Positions 49,801-58,230 of a stretch of 64,000 nucleotides of DNA are shown here, in pieces. The stretch lies in the NCBI GenBank assembly GCA_029858305.1, contig JAOUFI010000002.1:32001-96000 (forward strand), read 5' to 3'. Below the pieces are notes generated by a model. The model saw only the letters and a list, made by a program, of their open reading frames with translations. It did not search any database and was not told the DNA's origin. Made by a program: the position numbers and the translations under genes. The stretch is from Candidatus Thorarchaeota archaeon. Lineage in GTDB: Archaea; Asgardarchaeota; Thorarchaeia; Thorarchaeales; Thorarchaeaceae. Within the stretch, counting starts at the first letter, position 1, and every line of letters starts with the position of its first letter.

Positions 49801-50988
49801 AGGACTAGCACCTCAATTGATGCAAGTGAATTTAACATCACATGGATCGAATACTACAACATAGTGACTCTACCGAATTACACCTATATTATCACAATAG
49901 GTGGAAATGATTTCCATACAGGGAATTATACATTCGAACTCACATTAGGAAGAGTCGGATTTGATAATAGTACAGGAGCCATATCCATCGAAGCACGACC
50001 AATACCTGTTGAATTCATAATGGAATCCACATATACTCAATATGAAAATGAAACATTAAACATAGAGTTTCAATTGATTGATACTGTGCATTCAAGTCTA
50101 ATCGATTGGGGATACTTAATTGTTGAACTCGAAGGAGCTGGGTATTTAGCAATTTTTGAAAGTGTAAGTAGCTCATACATAGTGAATTTTAGATTACCAA
50201 TGAATATGGATCCGGGTTCATACATACTCTATTTCTACTCGTGGACAGAAGATTGTGTTGAAATCACCGAACCTGCGTCGCTTGAGGTCCTAGCCAAGCA
50301 TACATATATTCTTTCCATTGATGCGATTGATCAAATTCAATCAGGAAACGATCTAACAATTACAATCACAGCGATGGAAGGCACAGAATTTGCTTCTGGA
50401 ATCGCGCTAGATATAACAATCGTTGTCACACTAAGTCAAGGTGGTCAACAGTTCATTGTAGAACAAACTGTAACGGATTCTAACGGACTTGCCATAATCA
50501 TTTTTGAAGTGCCTGATAATGCTGTAGAATTAGAGGTTAGCGCAAGTTTTGATGGTTCTATATCAGAATGGCCAGCATTATCATCAATTAAGAGTGTAGA
50601 AGTGACTCCTGCAGGAACAGGTGGTACCGGATTGATTATCCCAGACCCACTTGTACTTTCAATCATATTTGGCGGGATTTCAGTTTCAATCTTAGCTTTA
50701 GCTTTCAGAAGGAAGAGAAGGGGTAGCGGAAGTGCTGTGTCAGTTTCTGTCCATTCTACTGCTCCAATTCTACCTCCATCAAGTCCAGCAACTGGAATTC
50801 AACAGCAATTGAGAGAAGAGATTCTAAATAGTGAAGAGGGGATAACACGAGCAGAGTTATCACGGAAACTTGGAGCCTCAGCAAGTAAGGTTGGATCGAT
50901 GGTCAAAGACCTTCTTGATTCTGATTCCGGCTTTTTTGAAGTCAAAGAAGGTGCTAAGAAACTAATCAAGTTCAAAAAATCAGGTTGA
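40873..50988 (+). CDS. Giant cell-surface glycoprotein (3371 aa): ~100-aa Ig-like repeats, TM anchor, cytoplasmic winged-helix domain
   Basis: Signal peptide (likely ATG 40900); many repeats EPT.L...W.....ITY...L.V.Y...NG.PI..A.V.V; many N-x-S/T sequons; TM followed by RRKRR; GITRAELSRKLGASASKV HTH. Confidence 0.9.
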   Translation: MTKSKRFSKMGLRRIFIIGILILSIGFASHSTTTDFLTSNFEPQVAHPSDTHTSSSVEGIGNSLLSAAGYSRNINNLQFSLANSYSDSESHNQIIDLSSYHIDGWSLYEVEISTTRIVALAEREIIGSRTSPGHILFNISKYDTGYYDQLTQGFYGMSHDGKLENISLLYTSSSYDPLYHHYAYFDLRSDYSDGATNMVSSVPLGNVGLTPTWASVTESTTLDADTIYYAVMNGTRLIEVFGTFPIIQWYYEDSEGTYETRRHTTEYIPWSSSRPYEALLNYTYIPWNTTSNSALEFSDPSIIDLRGNSSLLAGSQWKFDSLTNVSQIQFSSNQSISVEYDLTLRYKQSVTSSTSWYADSSNSVILWNITTSIDYPELAGSQDRNLTVLVPSDWTASHLFNITYPTQYFDHFTQIESSVNCFGLADETWILECTSPNYMKSLSMFDTSDDSIITDKVSISVTMDINATIEDQSSNPAANGNAHLVVYYQAAEEYSDDYSVTSGTSHYQWDISTDSSSNGLHTIDVYWSNGTEVGYQSNDVVVFYETTLVADEYTINDYTDDSFYIGIDYNQVFPAAGIDSSSADVTYSFGSVVNQSLTDQSNGRWDATVSTASMSPGLHTLTIYAEGYALENRSITIDVDLIHDTLPLTIIYSNISYVETTELSVAYERVGNIPIPDAHVEVTIGTTTWQLNFDEGSGTYKMIFNGTDIDPGFGIHTLTINASLAGYKSQSYTKTLIIHEESTILNIEWSGSTDITYVESVTLYVDYQMSNTTPIYPATVEVTIDTDIYVMNWNGGTGRYWYQFNGSDLLPGFGFHNLIIKASKFGYAYRSDLTQTLNITEEPTTLVLSWSNGNEISYVTSTMLIAKYNQSNGSPLINATVSVTIDTESWLMVWNTDTFAYELTFNGTDSIPGFGTFDVSVLASLYGFESKPDDNETLYIHEESTLFNIEWSGSTNITYVESVTLYIDYQMSNATPIYPAIVEVIIDTDIYVMNWNGGTGRYWYQFNGSDLLPGFGFHNLIIEASKFGYQNYSNIFQTLNITEEPTTLVLSWSNTNSITYVTSTTLIAKYNQSNGSPVINATVSVTIDTESWLMVWNTDTFVYELTFNGTDSIPGFGSFNISVIASLYGFELKPDDNETLFVDLEPTSITIAWSNTGSITYIDQTTLIVSYRMNNNSVIPIDAVVNVTIDGFPTWDLDWDWDYGTETYRLVFNGTDIPPGFGTHNLTIRIGKYGYVNHVNTTLTLTIDLVPTIHEVYWSNTNSITYIESTTLTVNYTMTNGTPVTDAIVNVSTVAGFWLMKWNNDTFMYELAFNGTDSIPGFGTHILTIQIRKVGYSDPGNLTETLILDLEPTSMNMAWLDSPTISFLESTTLVVYYRMSNTSPILDATVIATIDGIQYELVLHPSGSYRYTFSGTDNLPGIGTHLLKIDANRTGFDSKSDEGEVLIINEESTFIDIIWLDNNTITFVETSILVINYTMTNGSPIAGATVNATIDGFPAWDLVWDIDTQTYRLTFNGTDVPPGLGFHNITIRADKFGYESRNGLTNITLDREQSYLVVSWIPDNDISYMTSSILVVSYRMTNSSPISEATVNVSIGEGSWLMKWSVANQDYRLQINGTDIPPDLGNYTMTIEATMFGFYAAYNLTAQVILREEPTSLDVHWANGINNPSFLSYTYLIADYLYGDSTPIVDAILNVSINSFIFRMGWNASGFYQLKINGSDTYLGVGNNSITISAEKYGYVTKMNTTKVVIPVVPTKLTLEWEFSDTITYVEYTTLHAYYVMYNDSLISEASVNVTINGMTLPMIWSSSSNSYERTFYGSDSSLGITSFPILVEAAMIDFQSLSNSDEILTIQTEPTTLAISWIGGDNITYFQQTTLSVQFVMSNGSPISIGVLNATIGGVLFDLNWNIISEAYEVVIYGDDARLDYLDYDVLINASAYGFVASVDTYQYFTIRLEDTYLVIDWVPSNTISYLDSTVFRIFYRYASNHSPVLGAVVSASTWVANYNSSSGAYEIIFTGSDFPTPIPGTHSLDVVASKSNHQSHTNDLEEITITKESTYIESWWLNDNNTITFVENTTIYINYSIAASGVSIVDANVTVRIGTTIWDTLYNPILELYYFTFIGDMDPPGLGVHGLFISASYSFHEGYQSAVDNSQILEIESASVSIDSYWIVSGTITYLQQTTLVVNYTLLDGEAIPLALVNVTIGQTFWYAQWDELSETYRLTFNGSDSLPGLGFHELSIRANRTGFDSLTDSSMTLNIIEESTTTSVLWSNSDSITYFEHTYLFVRYRMSNGSDILGASVNATIGSTKWILIWNSTQGAYGVLFKGWDSPPGLGSHSILINATKHGFAYIENSVEVLTLLKDPTTIQVSWSNGNNITYVETTTIIVQYKMSNGTPISTGTVIATIGLDSWELLWNVSSQVYYFTFYGNMSPPGLDTFSVQIDASSAIFASQSTSEFLTLREEGTVTIVSWTTATFDWTQNVVIGIEYRDSYGRLVSDATQKTISVDGSEFTLSGTNGTYWYSFNNSFGLGHHNVVMNISKFGYEFAVNATVSFDIIEASTSLELVWSMTTIDYLGQITLTVDYTYTGTGDSIPVGLVNVNITIDGITTLNLTPIGDYWTITLNGDFLDLGTHSVVILAQAYGYNFAEDSDSLTVNEVSTGTSGISWSPSDLTIEFTGFLQLVVDYTYASGDVPDTATVNVTIDGHFYELDYLVGAWRVTIPGSILGVDVFDAHISAWLHGYELQTFTTSGINVTLAANSFYVTWDPSDLTPTYIDTVTLTVAYIQDFEPIEDATVQLFINGTRYELIYSSIDERWFLSIDASDIDLGVWNVTVTANKTGYAEGFQMDLLTVVEAPTILDIQDTGDTLYFDETTTIDIYYQLTNTSAVPGAIISFTLDGIEQTITWNGYHWTTTLDGTELGVGVYTYNIITSVYGYETQMDTFVITILSVPTSMISDSSIVMYARDFVSFRFTYIDERTSTSIDASEFNITWIEYYNIVTLPNYTYIITIGGNDFHTGNYTFELTLGRVGFDNSTGAISIEARPIPVEFIMESTYTQYENETLNIEFQLIDTVHSSLIDWGYLIVELEGAGYLAIFESVSSSYIVNFRLPMNMDPGSYILYFYSWTEDCVEITEPASLEVLAKHTYILSIDAIDQIQSGNDLTITITAMEGTEFASGIALDITIVVTLSQGGQQFIVEQTVTDSNGLAIIIFEVPDNAVELEVSASFDGSISEWPALSSIKSVEVTPAGTGGTGLIIPDPLVLSIIFGGISVSILALAFRRKRRGSGSAVSVSVHSTAPILPPSSPATGIQQQLREEILNSEEGITRAELSRKLGASASKVGSMVKDLLDSDSGFFEVKEGAKKLIKFKKSG
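43087..44298 (+). repeat. Tandem 606-bp (202-codon) intragenic duplication
   Basis: 43087-43692 and 43693-44298 share long identical DNA runs, e.g. gtgatgaactggaatggtggaaccgggagatactggta. Confidence 0.9.
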
Positions 50989-51186
50989 TTTTAGTGAATC
51001 ACATAGAGATACCCACAGTTTATTGATATGGATTTACTTCTCTAGTTAGCTACTATACGACAGATTGTAAGCACATCCCGAAAATATTATGAAGCAGGCA
51101 ATATGGGTCAGATGATAAATCTCTCATGCGTATAATGAAGGATGTGCTAAGGAACTCTGCGAATCCATGATTCTCGAGGGAAGAAT

Positions 51187-54100
51187 ATGAGAAAAGCAAT
51201 AATATCGGTCATCCTGATAATTACAATCCTGAGTGTACCATCGGTCGGAACTGACTCAAAATTACTAAATTCTTCCCAAACCAATGATATTGATCAAATC
51301 GGGTTTCAAGATTCATTACTTTCTGAAATAATTCAATCCGGAAGTACCTTACCAATATTACAAAAGATGAACAGATCATTTTCCGACCAACTTACAGTGC
51401 TAGCTAATAGCTATGCATCTCCAGATGCTCACGCCAATACTATTGATCTTGTTTCATATCAGATACCTGGATGGACATTAAATAGAGTAATAATTGACAC
51501 TCATAACATAACAGCCATTTGTGAAAGAGAATTAGTTGGGACAAGTGCCACACCTTCACAATCATCAAGCTTTGAAATATACGAACCACCATTGACACCT
51601 GATGAATATATCCCGGAACTAGCTCAAGGATTTTATAATATCACTCACGATGGACAACTGCAGAACATTTCACTACTCTATAGGTCTCTATATGATCCAT
51701 CAACTCAAAATTATGCCTATTTTGACATTAGATCAGACTATCAAGATGGCAGTACAAATATGGTTTCTTCGGTTCCGCTGGGAAATGTAGGACTTACTCA
51801 GACTTGGGCTAGCATTACAGAAACAGTTGTTCTTGACGCAAATACAGTATACTATGCTGTTATGAATGGAACAAAGTTACTTGATGTCGGTACCTATCCT
51901 CAAATCTGGTGGCTCTATGAGAATGGTTATGGTGATTTTCTAACTACTCGATACGCTACTGAATTCAGTGCCTGGAGCTCTAATTTACCCTATGAAGCGA
52001 TTTTGAATTATACCTATATTCCATGGAATACAACCTCGAATTCTGCCCTTCTATTCTCAGATCCAACTTCAATAGACACTCAGCTGAATGGAAATCCTGT
52101 GTCAGGTACTACTTGGACTGTTACTTCAGTCACCAATATCACATCTATCTCAATGACTACCAATCAATCTGCCAATGTTTACTATGATTTGATTTTGTGT
52201 TATGAAACAAATAATATTGGATATACTGAATGGAAAGGTCAGTCATCTAGTAATGTAATCATGTGGAATGTCACAGCTGATATCACATTCCCTACTGCAT
52301 CTAATATTGTTAGTCGAACAATGGACATTACGAATATTCCATTAGACTGGAATGCAACTGGTCTGTACCTAGCCACCACTCCATCAGGTTCATACGTCAA
52401 ATCAGGAACAACTGTGACTTGCTCGACCTTGAGTGATGGGACTTGGACACTGACTGTAACAGCACCAAACTACGTACTGGGTCTTGCCCTATCAGATTCA
52501 TCAAACAGTTTGCCAATAATTCACAAAGTGGCTAACAATGTAATTGTGGATATCGATGCTACCATTGCATCGGATGGAGGTACTACCAATCTCTCGGTAT
52601 TGCAAACCAGTACACTCATCTATTCTCCAACAGAGATTCCAGCATCTTCAGGAGCTGCAGCTTTTTCATGGAATATTAGTGCAACAACAACTGGAAATGG
52701 CACCCATTCTGTAGAAGTCTTTTGGTTATCAACTGATGAACTCGAAGCAGGATACCGAACACAGGAAGTCTTTGTCTTTCATTCCACAACACTCCTTGCA
52801 GATGATTATTTCATAAATGCATTCACAGATGATAGTTTTAGCATTGGGATCGACTTCAATCAATTTTATCCTGCGAAGAGCTTAGATGCGCCCGTAGCAA
52901 ATGTTACCTACTCCTTTGAGAGCGTTATAAATCAAACAATGAATAATCCGGGAGGAGGTCGATGGACAGCACTCGTGGACACGACTGGTATGAGTAGTGG
53001 TATCCGTACTCTCACCGTTTATGCAACAGGATATGCCTTGGAAAACCGTAGTATTGAGATATCAGTGAATCTTGTTCATGCAACTTCTCCTCTTATTTGT
53101 AGCCTCACACCAGATTATAACATCACATATTTGGAGAGTACAAATCTCACCGTATCGTACAAACAACTCAATGGAACGAATATTCCTTGGGCAACAGTCA
53201 ACGTCACCTTTGATGGTTCTACATATGGTATGGTATGGAATCAAATTGCAGAAGTATATTGGATTCAGCTTAATGGATCTGATTTCGTCACTATTCCAGG
53301 CAACACCACACTCACAGTCAATGCCTGGAAATTGGGTTACGAACCGCAATATAACGATTCAACTGAAATCACGATTTCTGCTGAAACAGGAGTCTATTTC
53401 GATGTCGTCTGGAATCCAATAGACCGAAACATCACATACATCGAGCAAATCACCATCACTGTGAACTACACATTCAACTCAATTCCGATAGATAACACTT
53501 GGGAAGGAGTATGGGTGAGAGTAACATTTGTTGGCTATCCATACGTGAATCTCACCTATAACCCAGTTTTGGAGATTTGGCAAGTCACCCTTGATGGAAG
53601 TGATTATCTGGGCACAACCATTGTAACAGTTAGAGCGAGTGCTACAGGCTATAGTCCTGTTCAGAATGTATTCGACATGATAGTGATGGAAGATGCTTCA
53701 TCGCTCAGTGGTTCATGGACTGCAAATTCATATACGACTAACTACGCGACAGGCGCTCCGCTAACTATTATTGTTCAAGACTCGATTGGTTCTGCAATAA
53801 ATGATGCCAATTTGACCGTCACAGTGAATGGAATTGTTACTAATTATGTACCTGGTGAATACAGTATCATCATAGCACCACCTCAAACGGCGGGAATCTA
53901 TAGTGTTAATGTGACAATGATCAGGTATGGATACACTACCACTACCATATTTCTATCTTTGACAGTACTTGCTACAACTGAGCTCGACATAATCGTTTAT
54001 GACAGTGAATATGAACAGTGGAACTTGAATGTCACTGTAACGTATTCAGACCTTCTCTATACAACTCCTATAACTGGAGCAACTGTGATTGTGACCCTAA

Positions 54101-55728
54101 ATGGGGAGGACTACACACTGCAATACTCAGCAGGAGTCTACACAATCGAAATCCTCCTTGATGTTGTTCCAGGGTCGTATACCATGAGCTTTAATGCAAA
54201 CGCACCACTAGCAGATCCGCAAACTGCTTCTCGAGAACTGACTGTAATAGCAAAACGTGCAGTCCATCTTGAGCTAACATATGAAGGTAATCCAAGCTTA
54301 GAGGGGCAACTAGTATCTCTAATAGCTACGCTACTTTACAATGGCACAGATCAAGCTGTCATTGGCGAACTTGTCCATTTTGTTGTTACTATCACTTTTG
54401 CGAATGGAACAGTTCAGATAATGGATAGCACCAATCAAAATGATACTACCAATACAGGTGGAGTTGCGCAATGGAGTTTCTATGTACCTGGTGGGAATAT
54501 TGAGTCTATCGAGGCAGAAGCGCATTATTATGGCAGTCGTGTAATCTGGGATGCGCAGAAGACAATTACAGTTGGAGGAACCAGTCCAATTATAGCTGTC
54601 CTGTTCTTCTTCTTTGGAACACCAATGGGACAACTTATCGTCGGTTCCATTGCTCTCGTTGGGATTGTCACTACTGCCTACAATCGCCGCGTCAAACCAA
54701 AGAAGAGAGCTGCGATGACATCTCTTGAAAACCAACTACAGATGTTCATCGACTTGGAATCTCTCCGTCACTTTATGGCAGTCTATCTTGACCGAGGAAC
54801 ATGTGTCTTCTATCATCCATTTACGGATGAGAGAATTCAACCAGACCTCATCAGCGGATTCATAGCAGCCATTACCAGTGTGTATGGCGAAATCAAGGGT
54901 GATGGTGTGCGTGGCACACTTGAGGAGATTCAATACCACGGTCTCAGACTGAATAGTTATAGCGGCGATAAAATCATCGGCATCCTCATACTTGAAGGAG
55001 AGATGACACCACTTCTCAAAGACAGGCTTCAATTCTTCGTTGAACTCTTCGAGAATCAATACGAGAAAGATCTTGATGGCTGGTCAGGACTTGTTGATTG
55101 CTTTGACTCAGAGTGGATAGTTTCAACCTTGAACTCTGCATTCAATTATGCTTGGCTTCTCCCACATCGATTTGGGCCCACACAGAAGGTGTCGAAAACA
55201 GATGCTAGGATACTCGACTACATTGCAGCAGTTCGCGATGAGCGAGGAGAATTTTACATAAGGAAACTGATTTCACCACTCTCAGAGATGCTAGAATTGA
55301 CAGAAGCACAGATATTAGATCGCCTTCTCACACTTCAAGAAAGAGGAGCAATTGTACCAGTTGGTGTGCAAACAGTTCTTCAACGCCAAGGAATGGGCTT
55401 ATCAGATGGGCATGAGGGAGAGGATGTCAAAACAATTGAGTTACTTCCTCCATCAGAGATCAGTAAGGAATTAGAAGAAGAACCTGAACCTATTCGAACA
55501 GAAGAACCAACTGCAGCGCCTGAGGAACCCGTCGAAAAACCCACTCCAGAACCAAAAGAAAAGCGAAAATCAAAACTAAAAGTGATGGCTGAAGAACCTA
55601 CTCCAGAGCCTGAACCAGAGGTGAAGGAAGAGATTGATCCGATGGAAGCTTTCATCATGGATGTAGAGTCCCTTTTAGCTGCAAAAGAGAAGAAAGAATC
55701 AGAAACTAAAAAGGATGAGGAAGAATAA
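51187..55728 (+). CDS. Large surface protein (1513 aa), paralog of the upstream giant protein, with TM and cytoplasmic longin-like domain plus acidic tail
   Basis: N-terminal ~650 aa align with the giant protein; after the TM, FMAVYLDRGTCVFYHPF...PDLISGFIAAITS is longin-like. Confidence 0.88.
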   Translation: MRKAIISVILIITILSVPSVGTDSKLLNSSQTNDIDQIGFQDSLLSEIIQSGSTLPILQKMNRSFSDQLTVLANSYASPDAHANTIDLVSYQIPGWTLNRVIIDTHNITAICERELVGTSATPSQSSSFEIYEPPLTPDEYIPELAQGFYNITHDGQLQNISLLYRSLYDPSTQNYAYFDIRSDYQDGSTNMVSSVPLGNVGLTQTWASITETVVLDANTVYYAVMNGTKLLDVGTYPQIWWLYENGYGDFLTTRYATEFSAWSSNLPYEAILNYTYIPWNTTSNSALLFSDPTSIDTQLNGNPVSGTTWTVTSVTNITSISMTTNQSANVYYDLILCYETNNIGYTEWKGQSSSNVIMWNVTADITFPTASNIVSRTMDITNIPLDWNATGLYLATTPSGSYVKSGTTVTCSTLSDGTWTLTVTAPNYVLGLALSDSSNSLPIIHKVANNVIVDIDATIASDGGTTNLSVLQTSTLIYSPTEIPASSGAAAFSWNISATTTGNGTHSVEVFWLSTDELEAGYRTQEVFVFHSTTLLADDYFINAFTDDSFSIGIDFNQFYPAKSLDAPVANVTYSFESVINQTMNNPGGGRWTALVDTTGMSSGIRTLTVYATGYALENRSIEISVNLVHATSPLICSLTPDYNITYLESTNLTVSYKQLNGTNIPWATVNVTFDGSTYGMVWNQIAEVYWIQLNGSDFVTIPGNTTLTVNAWKLGYEPQYNDSTEITISAETGVYFDVVWNPIDRNITYIEQITITVNYTFNSIPIDNTWEGVWVRVTFVGYPYVNLTYNPVLEIWQVTLDGSDYLGTTIVTVRASATGYSPVQNVFDMIVMEDASSLSGSWTANSYTTNYATGAPLTIIVQDSIGSAINDANLTVTVNGIVTNYVPGEYSIIIAPPQTAGIYSVNVTMIRYGYTTTTIFLSLTVLATTELDIIVYDSEYEQWNLNVTVTYSDLLYTTPITGATVIVTLNGEDYTLQYSAGVYTIEILLDVVPGSYTMSFNANAPLADPQTASRELTVIAKRAVHLELTYEGNPSLEGQLVSLIATLLYNGTDQAVIGELVHFVVTITFANGTVQIMDSTNQNDTTNTGGVAQWSFYVPGGNIESIEAEAHYYGSRVIWDAQKTITVGGTSPIIAVLFFFFGTPMGQLIVGSIALVGIVTTAYNRRVKPKKRAAMTSLENQLQMFIDLESLRHFMAVYLDRGTCVFYHPFTDERIQPDLISGFIAAITSVYGEIKGDGVRGTLEEIQYHGLRLNSYSGDKIIGILILEGEMTPLLKDRLQFFVELFENQYEKDLDGWSGLVDCFDSEWIVSTLNSAFNYAWLLPHRFGPTQKVSKTDARILDYIAAVRDERGEFYIRKLISPLSEMLELTEAQILDRLLTLQERGAIVPVGVQTVLQRQGMGLSDGHEGEDVKTIELLPPSEISKELEEEPEPIRTEEPTAAPEEPVEKPTPEPKEKRKSKLKVMAEEPTPEPEPEVKEEIDPMEAFIMDVESLLAAKEKKESETKKDEEE

Positions 55729-55790
55729 ATCCCGAACAAGCAAAGAACACTTATGTACCCTACAGATTGCAGGAAGGGCGGGGCGACGCT

Positions 55791-56111
55791 ATGGTTTGGA
55801 ATATCGAGAATTACTATATCATCGATGAAAGAATCCTCAGGGTTGAGATCTCAGTTCCTTTGCTGGAGTTCCTATATATCAGAATAGATGATGTGAAGCA
55901 GGCGTGGCTAGATATGTTGAGTCAGGTTGTTTCTGAACAACCGGGCTTTGATGTATCATGGGAGATGCAACCCCGACAGGATCAGGCCGTTGTTACAATT
56001 CAAATAGCGAAACCTGGAAATCTTGGTGAGTTTACCAGAGAAGAGACAAACGGAGCAATTGATGCGGTAGATGCATTATTTGATGACAAGAAAGACTCTA
56101 TCGATTTTTAA
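55791..56111 (+). CDS. Hypothetical protein
   Basis: Acidic ~106-aa ORF from ATG 55791. Confidence 0.55.
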   Translation: MVWNIENYYIIDERILRVEISVPLLEFLYIRIDDVKQAWLDMLSQVVSEQPGFDVSWEMQPRQDQAVVTIQIAKPGNLGEFTREETNGAIDAVDALFDDKKDSIDF

Positions 56112-57363
56112 TAACTGGTAGCGTCCAGTTGCCCTGAGGAATAACTGCAACTCGAGGGCGAGATACCATCTGCTCTATTGCCATTTCAAGCCCTTCTTGA
56201 GGGTCTCTCACTGCTAGACTGTGGAAATGCTCTACTACCATTGATTCTCGAAGTCGACTACATATGATAAGTTTCCTTGAGGATAAGACGTTCCAGAGGA
56301 ATCGAGCCTTTTCCATTCCCAGTTCGTAGCTAGTTTCAGCAAAAACAGCAATTTCAGACTCAGACTGACACTCTGATACCCCCCTCAGAAAGCCGCTTGG
56401 ACCTGGACCTTCTGCGCACTCAGCGACCAAAACGATAGTTCCTCCATACTCAGTTACTTCTCTGGCTGCATGGAGGCTATCAATAGCATCATAGAGCGTG
56501 TTGTCAAATGACATTCCCCCTGCACTCACAATCGCTATGTCTGATTTATGAAGGATAGGGGTCTCTGACAGAGTTCTTGCTATATCGACACCATGGGACC
56601 ATGCGCTGTGTGGTTCTCCTACAACAATATCTGCTATACTATCAGTTCGATCAGGTACAGCATTTATGATGAAATCAAGGCCAGCAATTTGAGAAATCTC
56701 ATCCATATCTACACATGTTGCACTATTGATACCGAAGGGGCCTACTTGACATGTTGCCTGTAGCTTGGAGTTGCGAACGATGGTTTTGTATCCAGAAATA
56801 TGAGGTATAACTGAAATACGCCCTCCAGTTGCTCCTACATAGACATTTTGTCTTATTGTCCCAAGGCCAATACGAATGTCTGCCTCTGCAAATGCTCTGT
56901 TAATAGAAACTGGGGTAGAGTATGTGGAAGTGTCACCTACATAACAGAGATTTTCATCATCTTCTGGGTCATGAAGAACCAGTATATGACCATCAGCTGT
57001 CGGATGACCTAACATATTATCAATTTTTGATTGGTTTGGTGTAGAACCTAACTTTGGTGAAAAGAGAAGTATGATGTCGGAAGGGGTTGTCATTGAAGTT
57101 CGCAGAATACCTAGAAGTACCTTGAGAAGACTTCGGTTCAGAGTTATATCGTGTTCACTGTTGACGACCACAGCGGCAGTTCTTGCTTGAGTCATCAATT
57201 GTGAGAGAGGGCTAGAGTTGAGTGCATACTCAACAGATCTATTCATTTCATCAGAGATATCAGATAATCCCTGTATGGTCTTTGGAACAACAGATTCGGC
57301 ATCATACCTATGCGGTATCTCGACTGGCAGAGTTCCTTCGCCGTAACGTAAATCTATTCTCAC
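56098..57363 (-). CDS. LarA (lactate racemase)-fold protein with degenerate cofactor site
   Basis: LRYGEG, HDP, G.TS..TPV.IN, GG motif, GGTIVLVAEC.EG.G and IP.G. Confidence 0.85.
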   Translation of the reverse strand: MRIDLRYGEGTLPVEIPHRYDAESVVPKTIQGLSDISDEMNRSVEYALNSSPLSQLMTQARTAAVVVNSEHDITLNRSLLKVLLGILRTSMTTPSDIILLFSPKLGSTPNQSKIDNMLGHPTADGHILVLHDPEDDENLCYVGDTSTYSTPVSINRAFAEADIRIGLGTIRQNVYVGATGGRISVIPHISGYKTIVRNSKLQATCQVGPFGINSATCVDMDEISQIAGLDFIINAVPDRTDSIADIVVGEPHSAWSHGVDIARTLSETPILHKSDIAIVSAGGMSFDNTLYDAIDSLHAAREVTEYGGTIVLVAECAEGPGPSGFLRGVSECQSESEIAVFAETSYELGMEKARFLWNVLSSRKLIICSRLRESMVVEHFHSLAVRDPQEGLEMAIEQMVSRPRVAVIPQGNWTLPVIKNR

Positions 57364-57459
57364 CAGCTATTGACCCAGAATCATGTTGCCAACCAGCCAC
57401 TTAAAGTTAACAGGAAATCCTGGAGGATATCTTATTATCACATTAGTGGTCAGAATGAA

Positions 57460-58230
57460 ATGGTTACGAGACCGATGAGAAAGTCAGATATATTACTCCT
57501 CATATCGATAATTATTCTATCACTCTATTTCTTGGTGTCAATGATTATCCCGGGTCTTGGAAGCCCCATTGTAATAATCTACAATTGGTTACTAGATTTC
57601 TCGCTTGTGTTAGGCTATTTGGGTGACTTTCTAATCTCATTCTTAGGCAATGCCACCGTGCTCATTCCGTTCCCCTACATGATCGTAACGTTCATACTTG
57701 GAGGGCTTATTGATGAAGTCACATACGAGTTTCTATTTGATCCATGGCTTGTAGGACTTCTATCTGGCTTTGGTGCGGTCCTTGGTGAGATGACAGGTTA
57801 CTTCATTGGATACGGTGGAGGTCAGTTTCTTGATAAGAATCAGAGGAATGCGTTTAGAGAGTATATAGATGAACATCCAAGAGCAACACCCTTTGTTCTG
57901 TGGTTTCTTGCTGCCACACCAATACCTGATGATGTTCTCATTATTCCTCTAGGAGCCGCAAGATATCCATGGTGGAAAGTATTGATTCCCCAGTTCATTG
58001 GGAAGACGATGTTTATGACCTTTATTGCATGGTCAGGCAGATTTGGATTGAGCATTGTAGGCTCGCTTCTTGGGAGTACGGATCCGTCGAGTATTGCGTC
58101 CCGAGGTATCGAGATTGCCAGCGTGTTTATGATTGTGCTGGCAGTTTACGTGCTCGTGCGAATTGATTGGATGAAGCTTATGACTAATGAATCACATGCG
58201 GAGGAACACAGAGATAATGAGACGAGCTGA
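57460..58230 (+). CDS. DedA/VTT (SNARE-associated) membrane protein
   Basis: GAVLGEMTGYFIGYGG, ATPIPDD..IIPLG..RY..WK; start 57460 or 57475 preferred. Confidence 0.85.
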   Translation: MVTRPMRKSDILLLISIIILSLYFLVSMIIPGLGSPIVIIYNWLLDFSLVLGYLGDFLISFLGNATVLIPFPYMIVTFILGGLIDEVTYEFLFDPWLVGLLSGFGAVLGEMTGYFIGYGGGQFLDKNQRNAFREYIDEHPRATPFVLWFLAATPIPDDVLIIPLGAARYPWWKVLIPQFIGKTMFMTFIAWSGRFGLSIVGSLLGSTDPSSIASRGIEIASVFMIVLAVYVLVRIDWMKLMTNESHAEEHRDNETS

